From assembly GCF_009914755.1 (NCBI RefSeq), contig NC_060947.1: a stretch of DNA of 64,000 nucleotides; one strand, written 5' to 3'. Below, one piece after another: positions 14,601 to 27,329 of the stretch; within the stretch, counting starts at the first letter, position 1, and each line of letters opens with the position of its first letter. The position numbers and the translations under genes were made by a program. The stretch is from the human T2T-CHM13v2.0 reference genome, Homo sapiens. The notes beneath the pieces were generated by a model. That model did no database searches. It saw only the letters and a program-made list of their open reading frames with translations, and was not told the origin of the DNA.

Positions 14601-14899
14601 AAACCCCTTCAGCCTTCTCTTGTGTCTCCCCAGGACCCATTTCCCTTCAACTCACCCGAATCCCAGAGGAAAAGGAAAAGAAATTCACATAAACTGCTTA
14701 TGTCTCTTTCTCCCCCAAACTTTCATCACTTCCTAACCAACCTTGTTATAGACCTTCAGTGGTAACCTTACGAAACTCCCATTATATATCCTGATCAGCT
14801 CCTTATTACTCTATGGGACCTATGGCTTGAGGCCATATGGCTTGAAGGAAATTTCCAGGACTTTTCTCCTACCTAGGTAACCCTTTTCTCTTTTTGCTT

Positions 14900-16500
14900 G
14901 TTTTTTTTTTTTTTCAGTATAAATTCCCTAAGTACGTCAACCTCACCAATACAACCACTCCTCACTGCTCTCAAGCTTGAACACTCTATAAACCTTACAC
15001 AGTCCCTCTTGCTGCAAGCTAACTCTTCCTTTGCTCCAGAATGCTGGATGTGCTTATAGCTGTCTTCCTCAGCTTACTCAGCCCTTCCTGCACCCCTTCA
15101 TGACCTTTTAACAGGGAGCATAACCCTAATTTATAAACTCCAAAAAGGAGCTTCCTTTTTTGAAAGAGCTGACACACTGGTTGGCGATTATCCTACTTCC
15201 AGGGCCAATCAAGCTAACAAATTATTTCAAACCTATTACAACCCCCTACAATGCCTTAAGCCCCAAGGCCCTCCTGTTAAAGGGCCTATAACTAAACATA
15301 CCCTCCTTTTACAACAAGCCTCACTTTGCTTTTCAGCCTCTGAGGGAAATCTCCCTGTAGGATTCTTAACACCTAGCCAATGCAACTGCACTATCATTAT
15401 TATACACCTCTCTGACCATCAAACTAACCGAGTTGACTACCAAGTATCACCTGAAGCAAACAAAGCATTTCTACATCTGGCTTGTTTTACGGCCTCTCCT
15501 TTAACCAATACCTCTGGCCTAACATGTGCTGTCTCTGGGGCCCACTTTTTCCATGGCTCAATATCAATGGTGCAATATCCAATCACATTAAATGTGTAAA
15601 AAATAACTCTTCTTATATCTCTACTATAGTAGGTGTCTCCCTGGCCTCCTCCTTGTCCATCTGGAGTAATGAACCACAAGAAAGAAAAAAACACCCATTT
15701 TTAATTCACTTATTCTCTTTCCATATTGCTACCTGTATTTATGACAAAGGCCTGTTCTTTTTTGTGTGGCACCAACACATATCTTTGTCTCCCCACTAAC
15801 TGGACCAGAACCTGTACCCTAGTTTATCTATCTCCTTCCATGGGACTAGTTCTTCCTGGTCAACCTTTGCCCATCCCATCCGTCCAATACGTTAGGAAAA
15901 GAAGTGCCATCCACGTCATTCCTTTAATGGCCACCTTGGGTATAACCTCTGGACTTGGATTGGGAGCAAGCAGATTAGCCACCTCCATAACATACTTTAA
16001 GACTCTTTCAACAGAACTACAGGACTCATTAGAAGATATAGCCCAAAGCTTTATAAGAGTCCAAGACCAACTAGACTCCTTGGCTGGTGTAGTCCTCCAA
16101 AAGAGATGGGGACTAGATCTTATAGCAGCTAAAATGGGGGCCTCTGCCTCTCATTAGGGGAGGAATGTTGTTTCTATCTCAACCAAATGGGCCTAGTAAG
16201 AGACACTGTTAAAAAAAAAACTTAAAGAAAGGGCCGAAAAGCTAAGGAAATACCACAACAACCAAATAGATTCTTGGTTTGGAAACAAAATCACAGCATG
16301 GGTCATCCCATTCCTGGGACCTCTCCTAATAATAAGCCTAGGACTAATGTTCTTACCCTGCCTAATTAGTCTTTTTCAAAGATTTTTAACTGACAGGATC
16401 ATGGCCATTTCACAGACAACTACCCCAAAACATCTACAAATGGTGTTACTCCTGCAATCAATCCAAGACCTGAAAACACTCCATCCCCCCATCAGCAGGG
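14900..16500 (+). pseudogene. env: env remnant (gamma-type SU/TM)
   Basis: SU CWMC at 15042-15053, CLPTNWTRTC, furin site decayed to RKRS, fusion peptide, ISD-like LQKRWGLDL, CX6CC-like segment, TM hydrophobic span; stops and frameshifts. Confidence 0.9.
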
Positions 16501-16556
16501 AGGAGCCAGAAAGAACACGCTCCCCCTCATCTTTTTTATAACTACAGGGTTTGGAT

Positions 16557-17026
16557 TGACAGAGCAGGAGCATCACCATCTTGGACAAGTACTGTCATTT
16601 TAACTTTCACCTTGATCAAAAACTGCCGAAATCCAAAGGGCATCAGCCTAATGGCTAAGGTCAGCATGACCATAAACCACAAATAACATCTCTGACCAGT
16701 AACATTCCAGACCCCTCCCTGACCAAAGACATGCCAGCCCTGAGATAACTTCCTCTCCAGCTGGAAAGACGTCAGCCTCCAGATAACCTCCCCTCCACCC
16801 AAAGATATTCCAACCCCACCATAAACATCTCCCCCACACAGAAACATTCCAAGCTGGTGATAAGCCCTCTCACCTTAACACCAATATAGACTCTTAGTCT
16901 GTAAGAGAGAATGCTCCTGACCGAAATCAGTCAGAAGCCCTTCTCAGGTTTATTTTGGAGAAATAAATCTGTCTTTGACTGTTGAGCCACTCTTCATGTT
17001 TCTTTCCTCTTTTTTTAACTCTTACA
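16557..17026 (+). repeat. 3' LTR of HERV-F provirus
   Basis: Collinear with the 5' LTR; about 60 substitutions by manual count, many reciprocal TG/CA from CpG decay. Confidence 0.95.
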
Positions 17027-17131
17027 GAATCTAGGTGGTGGATCACTGCATTCACTACAAGGTCTAATTTTGGAGCAGCCAAATCTCAGTTCAGACATAA
17101 AGCCTGGCCTGAGATTTGAAGAATGTACTAC

Positions 17132-17791
17132 TGTTCCCAGACCAAAATGAGGATGGGGTTGCTTACTCTCACAGCCCAATAACGAGATGCAGGTGAACTG
17201 GGAAAGAAGAGAGTTTATTTCTGTAACTAGGTACATGGAGAAGGCTGGGAAAATATCACCAGACCAACTCAAAATTACAAAGTTTTCTAGAGCTTATATA
17301 CCTTCTAAGCTATATGTCTATGTGTAGGTGTGCATTCATCTAAAGACATAAGTGATTAACTCCTTCTAATCTATAACTAAGGTCTGAGTTTTGAAGACCT
17401 TCCTCTGGAGCCTCAGTAAATTTACTTAATCTAGATGGGTCCAGGTGCCAGGGTGATTACCCTTATCTTGTCTCCCGCTAAATCATGGAGGTTTGAGGAG
17501 TTCCTTTAGACCACCAATAAAACTTTTTTGTGGAGGTCTGGGGAGTTTCTTCAGATCCCCAATAAAAATTTGCTTAATCCTAAACACATCCTGTTAAGAA
17601 TTCCTTTGTTATCTTGTCATTCTTCAAGGCCCAGAAAAGGCCTGGGCAAAACTCTTGGTGTGCTTTTGTTACCTTCCAGCCTTTGAATAAGGGCACTGCC
17701 TCTCTCAGCTTTTAATATTTAACATCACCACTCAGTCAGTGCTGAAACAGTTGTTATGGAGGCCTGGGCTAGTGAGACCTGGCCTGCCGTA
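17132..17791 (-). mobile_element. ERV1-class solo LTR (LTR36-like; subfamily uncertain), copy 1
   Basis: Highly similar to 31821-32488 over its length; 4-bp TSD CTAC at 17128-17131 and 17792-17795. Confidence 0.85.
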
Positions 17792-19918
17792 CTACCCCCT
17801 GTCATGCATCCTGCCTATGTGTGAGAGGTAGAATTTGTCCTTGTTTAATATTAGGTTTAAAAGCAGAAAACTATCTGGCTTTGATAGATGTTACTGCCCC
17901 ATACAGAGCTCCAAGACAGTGCTAACAAGAAGAATGTTAAATATAGCTAATATTGAATGGGTGTTCACCATGTGCCTGGTGTTGTTCTAAGCCCTCTCCA
18001 TGTGTGACTTCATAAAATCCTCACTCCAACCCTATGAATAGGTAGTTTGGCATCTCACTAATGAGGAAGCTGAGGAGACAGAGACAGTGAGGGGACCATG
18101 AGTGCCTTCTCTTCTGTGACTCAGAGAAGATGAGGAATTCAGGGGTGGTGGGCTATCCCAGGTACATCACTGATCTTTGGTATTCTCTTACACCATCTTA
18201 CACTCAGGTGTTACCAGGAGAGCAAGGTGTACTCTAGGCATCTTGAAAAGATAAAGTATCAGCCAGCAGATGTGTTGGGTGCTGGTCTGAGTCCAGGCTT
18301 TCTAAGAAACGTCATACTCTTCTGGAAGGCTTTTCTGAGTTCTAAATACAAGAGCAGCCTCCAGACCAACTCGAAAACATGCTTCAATCTGTTTTCAATC
18401 TAGGTTCCCTGTACATAAAGAGAGAGATCTTGTTGCTATATACAAACTTAGTCTCCCCTTGGCTTTATAAGCCCTGGGTGATAATTTCATCTCTGCTGCT
18501 AATGAGACAGAAAACCTCGCCTATAATGGGAAGCAGTTGGACTAAAGGGTCTTTAAGGCCTTTTCTAGCTCTAAAAGTTTTATGTTGCTATTAAAGTCAA
18601 TAGTAATTAATAAAGGGAGTTCAGAAGGAAAAAAGAATCAAAAACACTCTGCAAATATAAAAGTGTCATGTGTTGCTATAAATAACTGAATGTGGTTCTT
18701 ACCTGTGGTCTAGATTCACAAGACAAAATTAATTCCTTTCTTTTATAAACCTGGCTATGTCCTAGAAGTTTCAATGCATTTTAAAATTAAAATGGAGATT
18801 GGCTTTCCATCTAAATCCTGCCTGCTGTCCTCCCATTTCATCTCCTACTTTGCAGACTTAGTGATGATGAAAACACCAAGGACATCCTCAAAGAGAAGGT
18901 TATTTGAAGCAGCTGCCACTCAAGTCTTGCCCTTTGAGACTGTTATCTTTTCACTTTGTCTTCACCTGTGCCCCTCACAGCTCATGGAGCTAAAACTTGA
19001 GGAGCCTCAGGGAACAAGCTCTATTTGAATAGGTAAATTATAGACGAATTATAGAACACAATTTGACAGGAGGAAAAACTGCTCAAGTGCAACTTCTCAG
19101 TTCCGTTCTACAACATCTGTTGAGTACAAGACACTGTGCTTAGAGATGTCAGACACATGGGCACAGCTCCTATCTCCAAGAGGCCCTCAGTCCAGTGGGA
19201 AAAGAGAGATAGATTCAGAAATGTCAGAGAAATGATTGGTTTAACAGATGTAGAGAAAATGTGTGCAGATGAGAATAATAATAATAGCTATCACTTACTG
19301 AATACTTACCAAAAGCCTTGTGTTTTACTAGCACTTTTTTATTTAATCATTTCAACAACCAGAAATGGAAGGTATTGTTATAATTATCCTCATTTGATTG
19401 TAAGGTAACAGGCTTAAAGAGGTGAAATGCTTTGCCTCAAGTGACTCAGCTAATATATGGCAGAGCTTGAGTTCAAATCCAGATCTTTTTGACTTCAAAT
19501 CCTTCACTGTCACTTACTGTACTTTTCTGCCTCCCCCAAGGCAGACACCCACTATTCTGACTTAGAAGTTTGCGGGATGAATTATACTGAATGTAGAAGA
19601 CTGATTAAGACATGCAGTAAAAATAGGAAGACATATATTTTGGATAAAAGGAATAGCCCAAAGAAAGCTGAAGATATGGAAAAGTCCCAGGACTTTGTGG
19701 GTGGCAGTGGGAATGCCAACTCTACCAGTGCTGTGAGGAGCACAGTGTATAGCAAGATGTGGAGGAGGGACTACAGAAAGGGTTGCATTGGCGGGATGGG
19801 AACAGACTGAGTATAGCTGTGATTTCCATCTAGCAGCATACTTGTGAAAGTTTCTCAACAAATCTTTGTGTAGTTCTGACATTCAATGTAATGTATTTTT
19901 GCAAAATTGTATACACAT

Positions 19919-19920
<2 letters not shown>

Positions 19921-19956
<36 letters not shown>

Positions 19957-19958
19957 CA
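19921..19958. repeat. (CA)n microsatellite
   Basis: Direct observation. Confidence 0.95.
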
Positions 19959-20009
19959 TGAGTAGTGAGATCTGTCCCACAGAGTTGAGCTCAGCTAATT
20001 AAAAAGTTA

Positions 20010-20520
<511 letters not shown>

Positions 20521-20639
20521 TAGAGCAGGGTGTGACTCTGCTGTGAGTGCAAGGTAAGAGGTTCAGCACTTGAATATTATAGCCATAAGCTTCCTGTAAC
20601 CCATGTCACACATATGTGCTCCTCTCTCCCTCTTTGTCC

Positions 20640-21120
20640 CTCTGTGCTGTTCGGTTTCAGGCCCTACTCTGCAGCGATAGTGGTCTTTCAAAAACATGAG
20701 TTTGATTATGTCACTATTCTGTTTAAAAATGGTGGCTCCCATTGCCTTTGTGTGGCATGTGAATCCTTTCATAGCCTTTCTTTCCTCTTTAGTCCTATGC
20801 ATTCTCCCATAGAGAATACCTTGCAGCTCCCCAAAGGAACTACATCTCCTTACCTACATCTGGAATGCTAACTTCTATGAGTCTACCTCTCGTCACTTGG
20901 TTAAATTTCATGTCTCCTCTAGGTCTTATCCTCGATATCAACTCCAAGTGAAGGCCTTTCAAGACCTTAGGTGATGTCCCTCGAGGACCTCTGTAAAGCA
21001 CTCTTGCACAGTATAGAAATGACCTGGTGACATGGCTGAGCTCTCCCATCCATAAACTGGTATCTCCTTGAAGGCAGGCACAGAGCCTTGGCACCTAGTG
21101 TATAAATAAATAATTTAATA
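20640..21120 (+). mobile_element. L2 3' fragment (approximate)
   Basis: tgattatgtcactattctgtttaaaa...ggctcccattgcc; ctccttgaaggcagg...ttggcacctagtgtataaataaata. Confidence 0.55.
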
Positions 21121-23484
21121 AATTATAACATGATGTTATGTGAGATCTGGCAAAAATAAACCATTATGTCTGTTCTTCCTAAAGCAAAGGATTGTGTGCT
21201 TTCTTAGAGCCTGAGCTACCATGATAAAAACTCGCTCACAAATAGCATGAGAAAATGACAACATGCCATTAGTAACCCAGAAGAAGCTGTATGTGTTTTT
21301 GTATTTTTTTCATCTGGGCTTTAGAAACCACAAAAGCAACTGTTTTGCCTCCACAAAGAACATATTTTTAACAGCACACTTTCCCAAAAGGATACTCCTC
21401 CCTCTGTTGCATTTTGATCTATCCTGATTTAATTTAAAGTTTGAAGATGGCGTCTGACCTTATCTATCAGTGGCTGAGCCGTTGTCTCATGGAAATGCAG
21501 TTTGAAACTCATTAATAGGGTAGCCTGTATATTATAACTTAGAAGCTCTGGGTTATCACTGATGCTTGCAATTGCTATGGAAACCGGGTTCATATGCACC
21601 TTTCAAAGAGTCTGCTTTAAAACAGGAAAAAAAGATGAAGAAAAAGAAGGCTTTGTGAAAGAATAAGATATTTTGTACCCAGCATGGATAAGCAGGTTCA
21701 GTGATGCAAAAATGCTCTGCCTACACAATGATAAAAACAATTTTTTACCTTTTTCAGGAGCTAATAATGTATAACCTTGTCTTAGAGAACTGTGTTTATA
21801 CTGGTAGAGAAGAATCCTCAAGGCAGCTTTCCCCAGTGCCCACACATAGACACACAAACACAGACACACACCCACAATTTTCAGTTTTCCCCAGACTTTT
21901 TGCAATCTGCATTCTTAATTCCTCCAAAGGCCTCTGCACATGCAGCTTTGGCTGCTAAAGCCCACCCAGTGTGGACTGGCTGAGAGCTCAGTCTCTTCTG
22001 CTTCCCCTTAAATGTGTATTGAATGTTGCATCTGTCTCTTATGGGCTGAATTTTTCAATTATAAAATGATAGTGCTAATTGGATCAAGTTTCTTATTAAA
22101 AATTCTTGGATGTATTCCTCCCCAAATTTGGGTTTTGGAGGCTTCATCCCTCATCTCCTTGCCCACATTTCTCCCTAATAACCTAAGTGTGGTATTGTGT
22201 TAGGTAAACAATAGTGTATCATCTTGTGGAAAATGATTCTTTAGACACACCTCCCTCCCTCATGTAGAACCATGTGTTACTCCCTCCAATGTTTTCATCT
22301 GCTTATCTCCCCACTTGTGAGTCATCTATTATTTTTCCTTATCACTTCTGCAACCCCATTCCTCCCCTAACTGTAGCCAAATGTGAGCTGGGTTTCCTTC
22401 TCTTCTGAGCAAGAACAGGTCACGAGGGCTGAGCTTTCTGTCTTCACCTTCAGACAGAAGGAACTTGAAAGAAAGAAGAACGCATCTGCAGGCAGCTGTT
22501 CACTCCGCAGGCATCTGGAAACCACTTCTTTGCATTCAAATAGTTATGTAACCCCACATGTTGGAAGGCTGAAGAGACCATCATACTCAAAATGGAAATG
22601 ACACTGTTGCAACACATAGAATATCTGAGAGAAGAAAGGGTTTCTAATGTCTTGACTATCTATGATATTCCATAAAGTTAAGGGATTGATGTGCATGGGC
22701 TGGGAGGACTGAGGAACAAAGGACAGAGGTTGAGGTAGGTACAAAAAGGGTCTACTAACTACTTTAGAATTTGAAAAAACTATTGATACCAAATCTGCCC
22801 ACCCTCTGTACAAAAAACAAAACAGCCATTGGTGCAATTTTAACCTGATAATGCATGAAAAATGGCTATTTTTGACGAGAAAAAGTTCAGTCATTTCCTT
22901 GTAAACCAAAGAAAATTAAGAGAAACTGTCAAGTTACTACAAGAAAATTCAACAAGAACTCTTATAATATATTCCCTCTCAATTAAACAGCAAATCACCC
23001 TAATGTGTTTTTCAGCCTGAATATTTATCAGCCTAGATAATCTACTTTAACAATTATGTTTTGCATTTTTAACAAAACCTTTTCTGCAAAAGTTAGTATA
23101 ACTAGAAGTGAATATAAATTAGTTCCCTTTCAAGTCTTTAACATATTAAAAAGCTATAGAATATATACATTAACCCATGGTTTTATAAAAGGAATATGGC
23201 TTTATAAAATTAAAAGCAATATCAGGATCTGTATTTGTGTTAAATAATTACAATAACATCAAGCAGACATTTCCCACTTAATCTATGACTCTCTAAGATT
23301 ACCATTTAATTCTGCATTACAATTTAACTAAGTAATTTAGTACTCGACGCATGCGCTACAGAAAACAAGAAGCAGTGTATTACAGTAACAAGGTTTGTAT
23401 TTCACAAACAATTGCAAGGGTGAAGCAGATATCTTCTAAGCGTCACATATTCACAAACAATTGCAAGGGTGAAGCAGGCATCTT

Positions 23485-24440
<956 letters not shown>

Positions 24441-24899
24441 TTTTTCTCTTTTAACGGAAAATAAGGTAGGAAATACCCTTTGGTTGTACATGGAAAGGGG
24501 AAGCATTGTTTTAGAAACTTCTATACACCCTGTCTGCCCACAGGAAAGCTATGTAAAATATTTCTCATTGTGGGTCACTGTCAAAACTTTGAAAGCCACG
24601 ACTTTGGTTGGAAAGATGAGAGGCCTCAGCTAGAAGGTGATGACCTTCTGCTCCTCCCTCCTGTGCCCATCCACACTCTCCCTCCACCACGCATACCTTG
24701 GTCCTCCTCTCTTCTCCCTGTCTTGGTGAATGACCCCAACATAGAGCTAATTATATCAGCTGGGAATCTGCGTGTCCTCCTCAGTCCCTTCATGTTGCCC
24801 ATTCTCCAATCCAGCCCTCGGATGTGACCTAAATATTTCAAGAGGCTTATTTGATCTCTTCTGCCACCACCGTGTTTCAAATCACCATTTTCTCTTATG

Positions 24900-25439
24900 G
24901 CAACTTCACTCACAGTCATTGAACTGGGCCCCCAGTATCTCCTCCTCCTGCTGTCCAATCTCTTATACACGGTCAAAACACCCATCAGATCTTCTTCATC
25001 TCTCTTTCAAACCCTTCAACGGCTGCCCACTGTTCTTGACATAAAGACCCAAATTCAGAAGAGGCTGAAAACAGCTGTTATGATATGCTCAGTTTACTCA
25101 CGTGTCTATCTGCAGCCTTCTCCCCTTAAATTCTTCCCACTCTACCTCCAGCTTTCTATTCTGATCTTCCCATTGTGGGAGCATTCATGAACCTTCCTGT
25201 CCAAGAGGTTTTTTTTTTTTTTTTTTTTTTTTTTCCAGGTTCTTCATGCAGCCTGGAGCACCCTTTCAGATTTCAGTTCAATCATCATTGACTTTCAGAG
25301 GCCATTTCCTGACCCCCAACAGCAAATAGACCTCGCTTTGCTTTCATGGTGTCTCTTATTCTCTGTGACAGCATTTTGAGTCATTTGTAATTTCTTATCT
25401 GTGTACACTAGATGACAAACATCAAAACATAAAAGGAAG
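24900..25439 (+). mobile_element. L2 fragment; its 3' end resumes at 32859-32960 after the provirus
   Basis: ctttcaaacccttcaacggctgcccactgttctt ... cactagatg | ...ttttgctcactac...ctggcacatagtaggta. Confidence 0.6.
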
Positions 25440-26151
25440 TGACAAAGATTCTCTCCTTTGACCAAACTTTAATCAGGCTCCTCTAAGCCCTCTGCTCGAC
25501 TAGGCCTAAACTTGGGCTTGTAGAATCCAGTTTGAGCAAGAATCCTACTAAGTTAATTTAGTGAAAATTCCCCACCACTGATAACTGACTTCCCTGAGTA
25601 GCTGATCAAATTCCTCATGCCCCACACTAGATATCTTGTCACCCTGTTGGGTCAGTCTAGCAAGAATTCCCCTTAGCCCTGATGTTTCCTTTCAGTAATT
25701 TTCTATTCACTGAGTCTCCATCCTGCCCTTTACCTATTCTTGTTGGAGTGGCAGTCAATGCCAATTTTATTCCCCTACACGGACCCCATTGCAGTGGTTC
25801 GTGTATCTACTGTGATAGTCCTCCATGGAATAGAGTCTTTCTTACCATCTTTAACAAGTGTCATGAATAATTTTTTTAACAGTTGTGTTGGCTGTGACTC
25901 AGATAAGATCAGATTCACCATTGGACCCCTGGAGCTCTCATCCAGAACCTGAAGTATGCACCTTTGAAACCTTTGTCTTCACTCTTGGCTGACTGATCAG
26001 GAATCCATTGGTAAGCCCAACTCTTGAGCCAGTGCTCCAGATGGCAGTCTGTTGAAGCATGGTGAGGATACATTTTGATTCTTATGATTCTGAGTATACT
26101 CTCTGAAGCTGCGTTAGAGTCTGAAGCTTTTTATGAAAGGCACCTGAGCTT

Positions 26152-26223
26152 CCTGCACTCCAGCCTGGGTGACAGAATGAGACCCTGTCTCAAAAAAAGG
26201 AAAAGAAAAAGAAAGAGAGAAAG
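26152..26223 (+). mobile_element. Severely 5'-truncated Alu (3' ~40 nt plus tail)
   Basis: ctgcactccagcctgggtgacagaatgagaccctgtctcaaaa; TSD aaggcacctg at 26137-26146 and 26224-26233. Confidence 0.85.
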
Positions 26224-27074
26224 AAGGCACCTGTTGGGCTGGAAGTCTTTCTTCCTGGCTCTTTGTTTGGAATGGAGTTATATATATTCTCTGATTCCTG
26301 GGCCTGGTCCTGGCTAGAAAATTCTTCCTGTCTCCCACCCTTATTTAATTACTTCCTGGCTCCCTGGCCTGGAATATTTTCCTGACTCTTTTGTTTCAAG
26401 TGAGGATCCACTCCACAACTACTGGGCTGGAAATTTTATTTTTTCTGGCTCTTTGTGAGGCCTCTCTTTATAGAAATTGTTCAGTTGTCTGAAACTCCTC
26501 CTCTTGAACCCATGCTGAGGCCAGCTCTGTCTACTTCCTTTCTTATTGGCATGATTTTGCTGAGGATTATTTGGAACTCCAGTGGCCTCTTTGAGGAACT
26601 TGAGATCTCCTCAAACTGGCTCCTCTATGGTCTCTTCCTTCCCATTGCTTCTTCCTCTTACCACCTTCAATCCTCTCTTCAGCTCCCTTGAATTCTTTGA
26701 TATGTTCCCCTCAAACCCCTGCCTGCTCCACTTCTCTGTCCACCCCTGCTAGACATTTTCCTTCTTGCTCCAGCTCAACTCCCTCAGTCATTTGAACTTT
26801 AATCCTCCCACTCACATCAGGGCCTCTCGAGGGACTCAGGGATACCTGAAAGCCACTATCTGAGGCTGAAAAAAAAAGGCTAATTAGAAACAGACTGGAT
26901 ATTTTATCTACTCAGATGGACTCTGGAATCATCTAGACATTTGCTTGACATGCCCTCAGTCCCTGATCTCAAATTTAGTCTTCAGCCTTTATAGGATTAC
27001 ATATCAGGAAAAAGAAAATCTTGGAGGTCCTTAGAGGTCTCCACAAAACTTCATAAAAAGCTTTAGCTCTTGTT

Positions 27075-27329
27075 TTTTTCTTCAGCCATTTACATTTTAT
27101 TTATTCCTTTTAACATGTTCTTTCTTAAAACAATTACTTATTTTATAACTGATATTTCATCATATTCTTTTTTAACTTTCTTTTTTATTGTTTTTTTTAA
27201 AGTTCTGGGATACATGTGCAAAATGTGCAGGTTTGTTACATAGGGAAACATGTCCCATGGTGGTTTGCTGCACCTATCAACCCGTCACCTAGGTATTAAG
27301 CCCAGCGTGCATTAGCTATTTTCCCTAAT
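27075..27329 (-). mobile_element. 5'-truncated L1PA 3' end with a transduced flank
   Basis: L1 3' UTR at 27198-27329; two T-tracts; 14-bp TSD ctttagctcttgtt at 27061-27074 and 27330-27343. Confidence 0.85.

Larger units (their letters stand above)
8309..17026 (+). mobile_element. Full-length decayed class I endogenous retrovirus, HERV-F group (LTR19/HERVFH19-like)
   Basis: Two 470-bp TG...CA LTRs (8309-8778, 16557-17026), 5-bp TSD GAATC (8304-8308, 17027-17031), tRNA-Phe PBS, and gag-pro-pol-env remnants in order. Confidence 0.93.

Noticed and set aside
15726-16157. Possible co-opted env (syncytin-like) gene
   Set aside because: SU has stops and frameshifts, the furin site is RKRS, and the TM shifts frame before CX6CC.
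23348-23356. NRF1-like cgcatgcgc palindrome in the PPP1R2C 3' UTR
   Set aside because: A single imperfect motif without supporting context.
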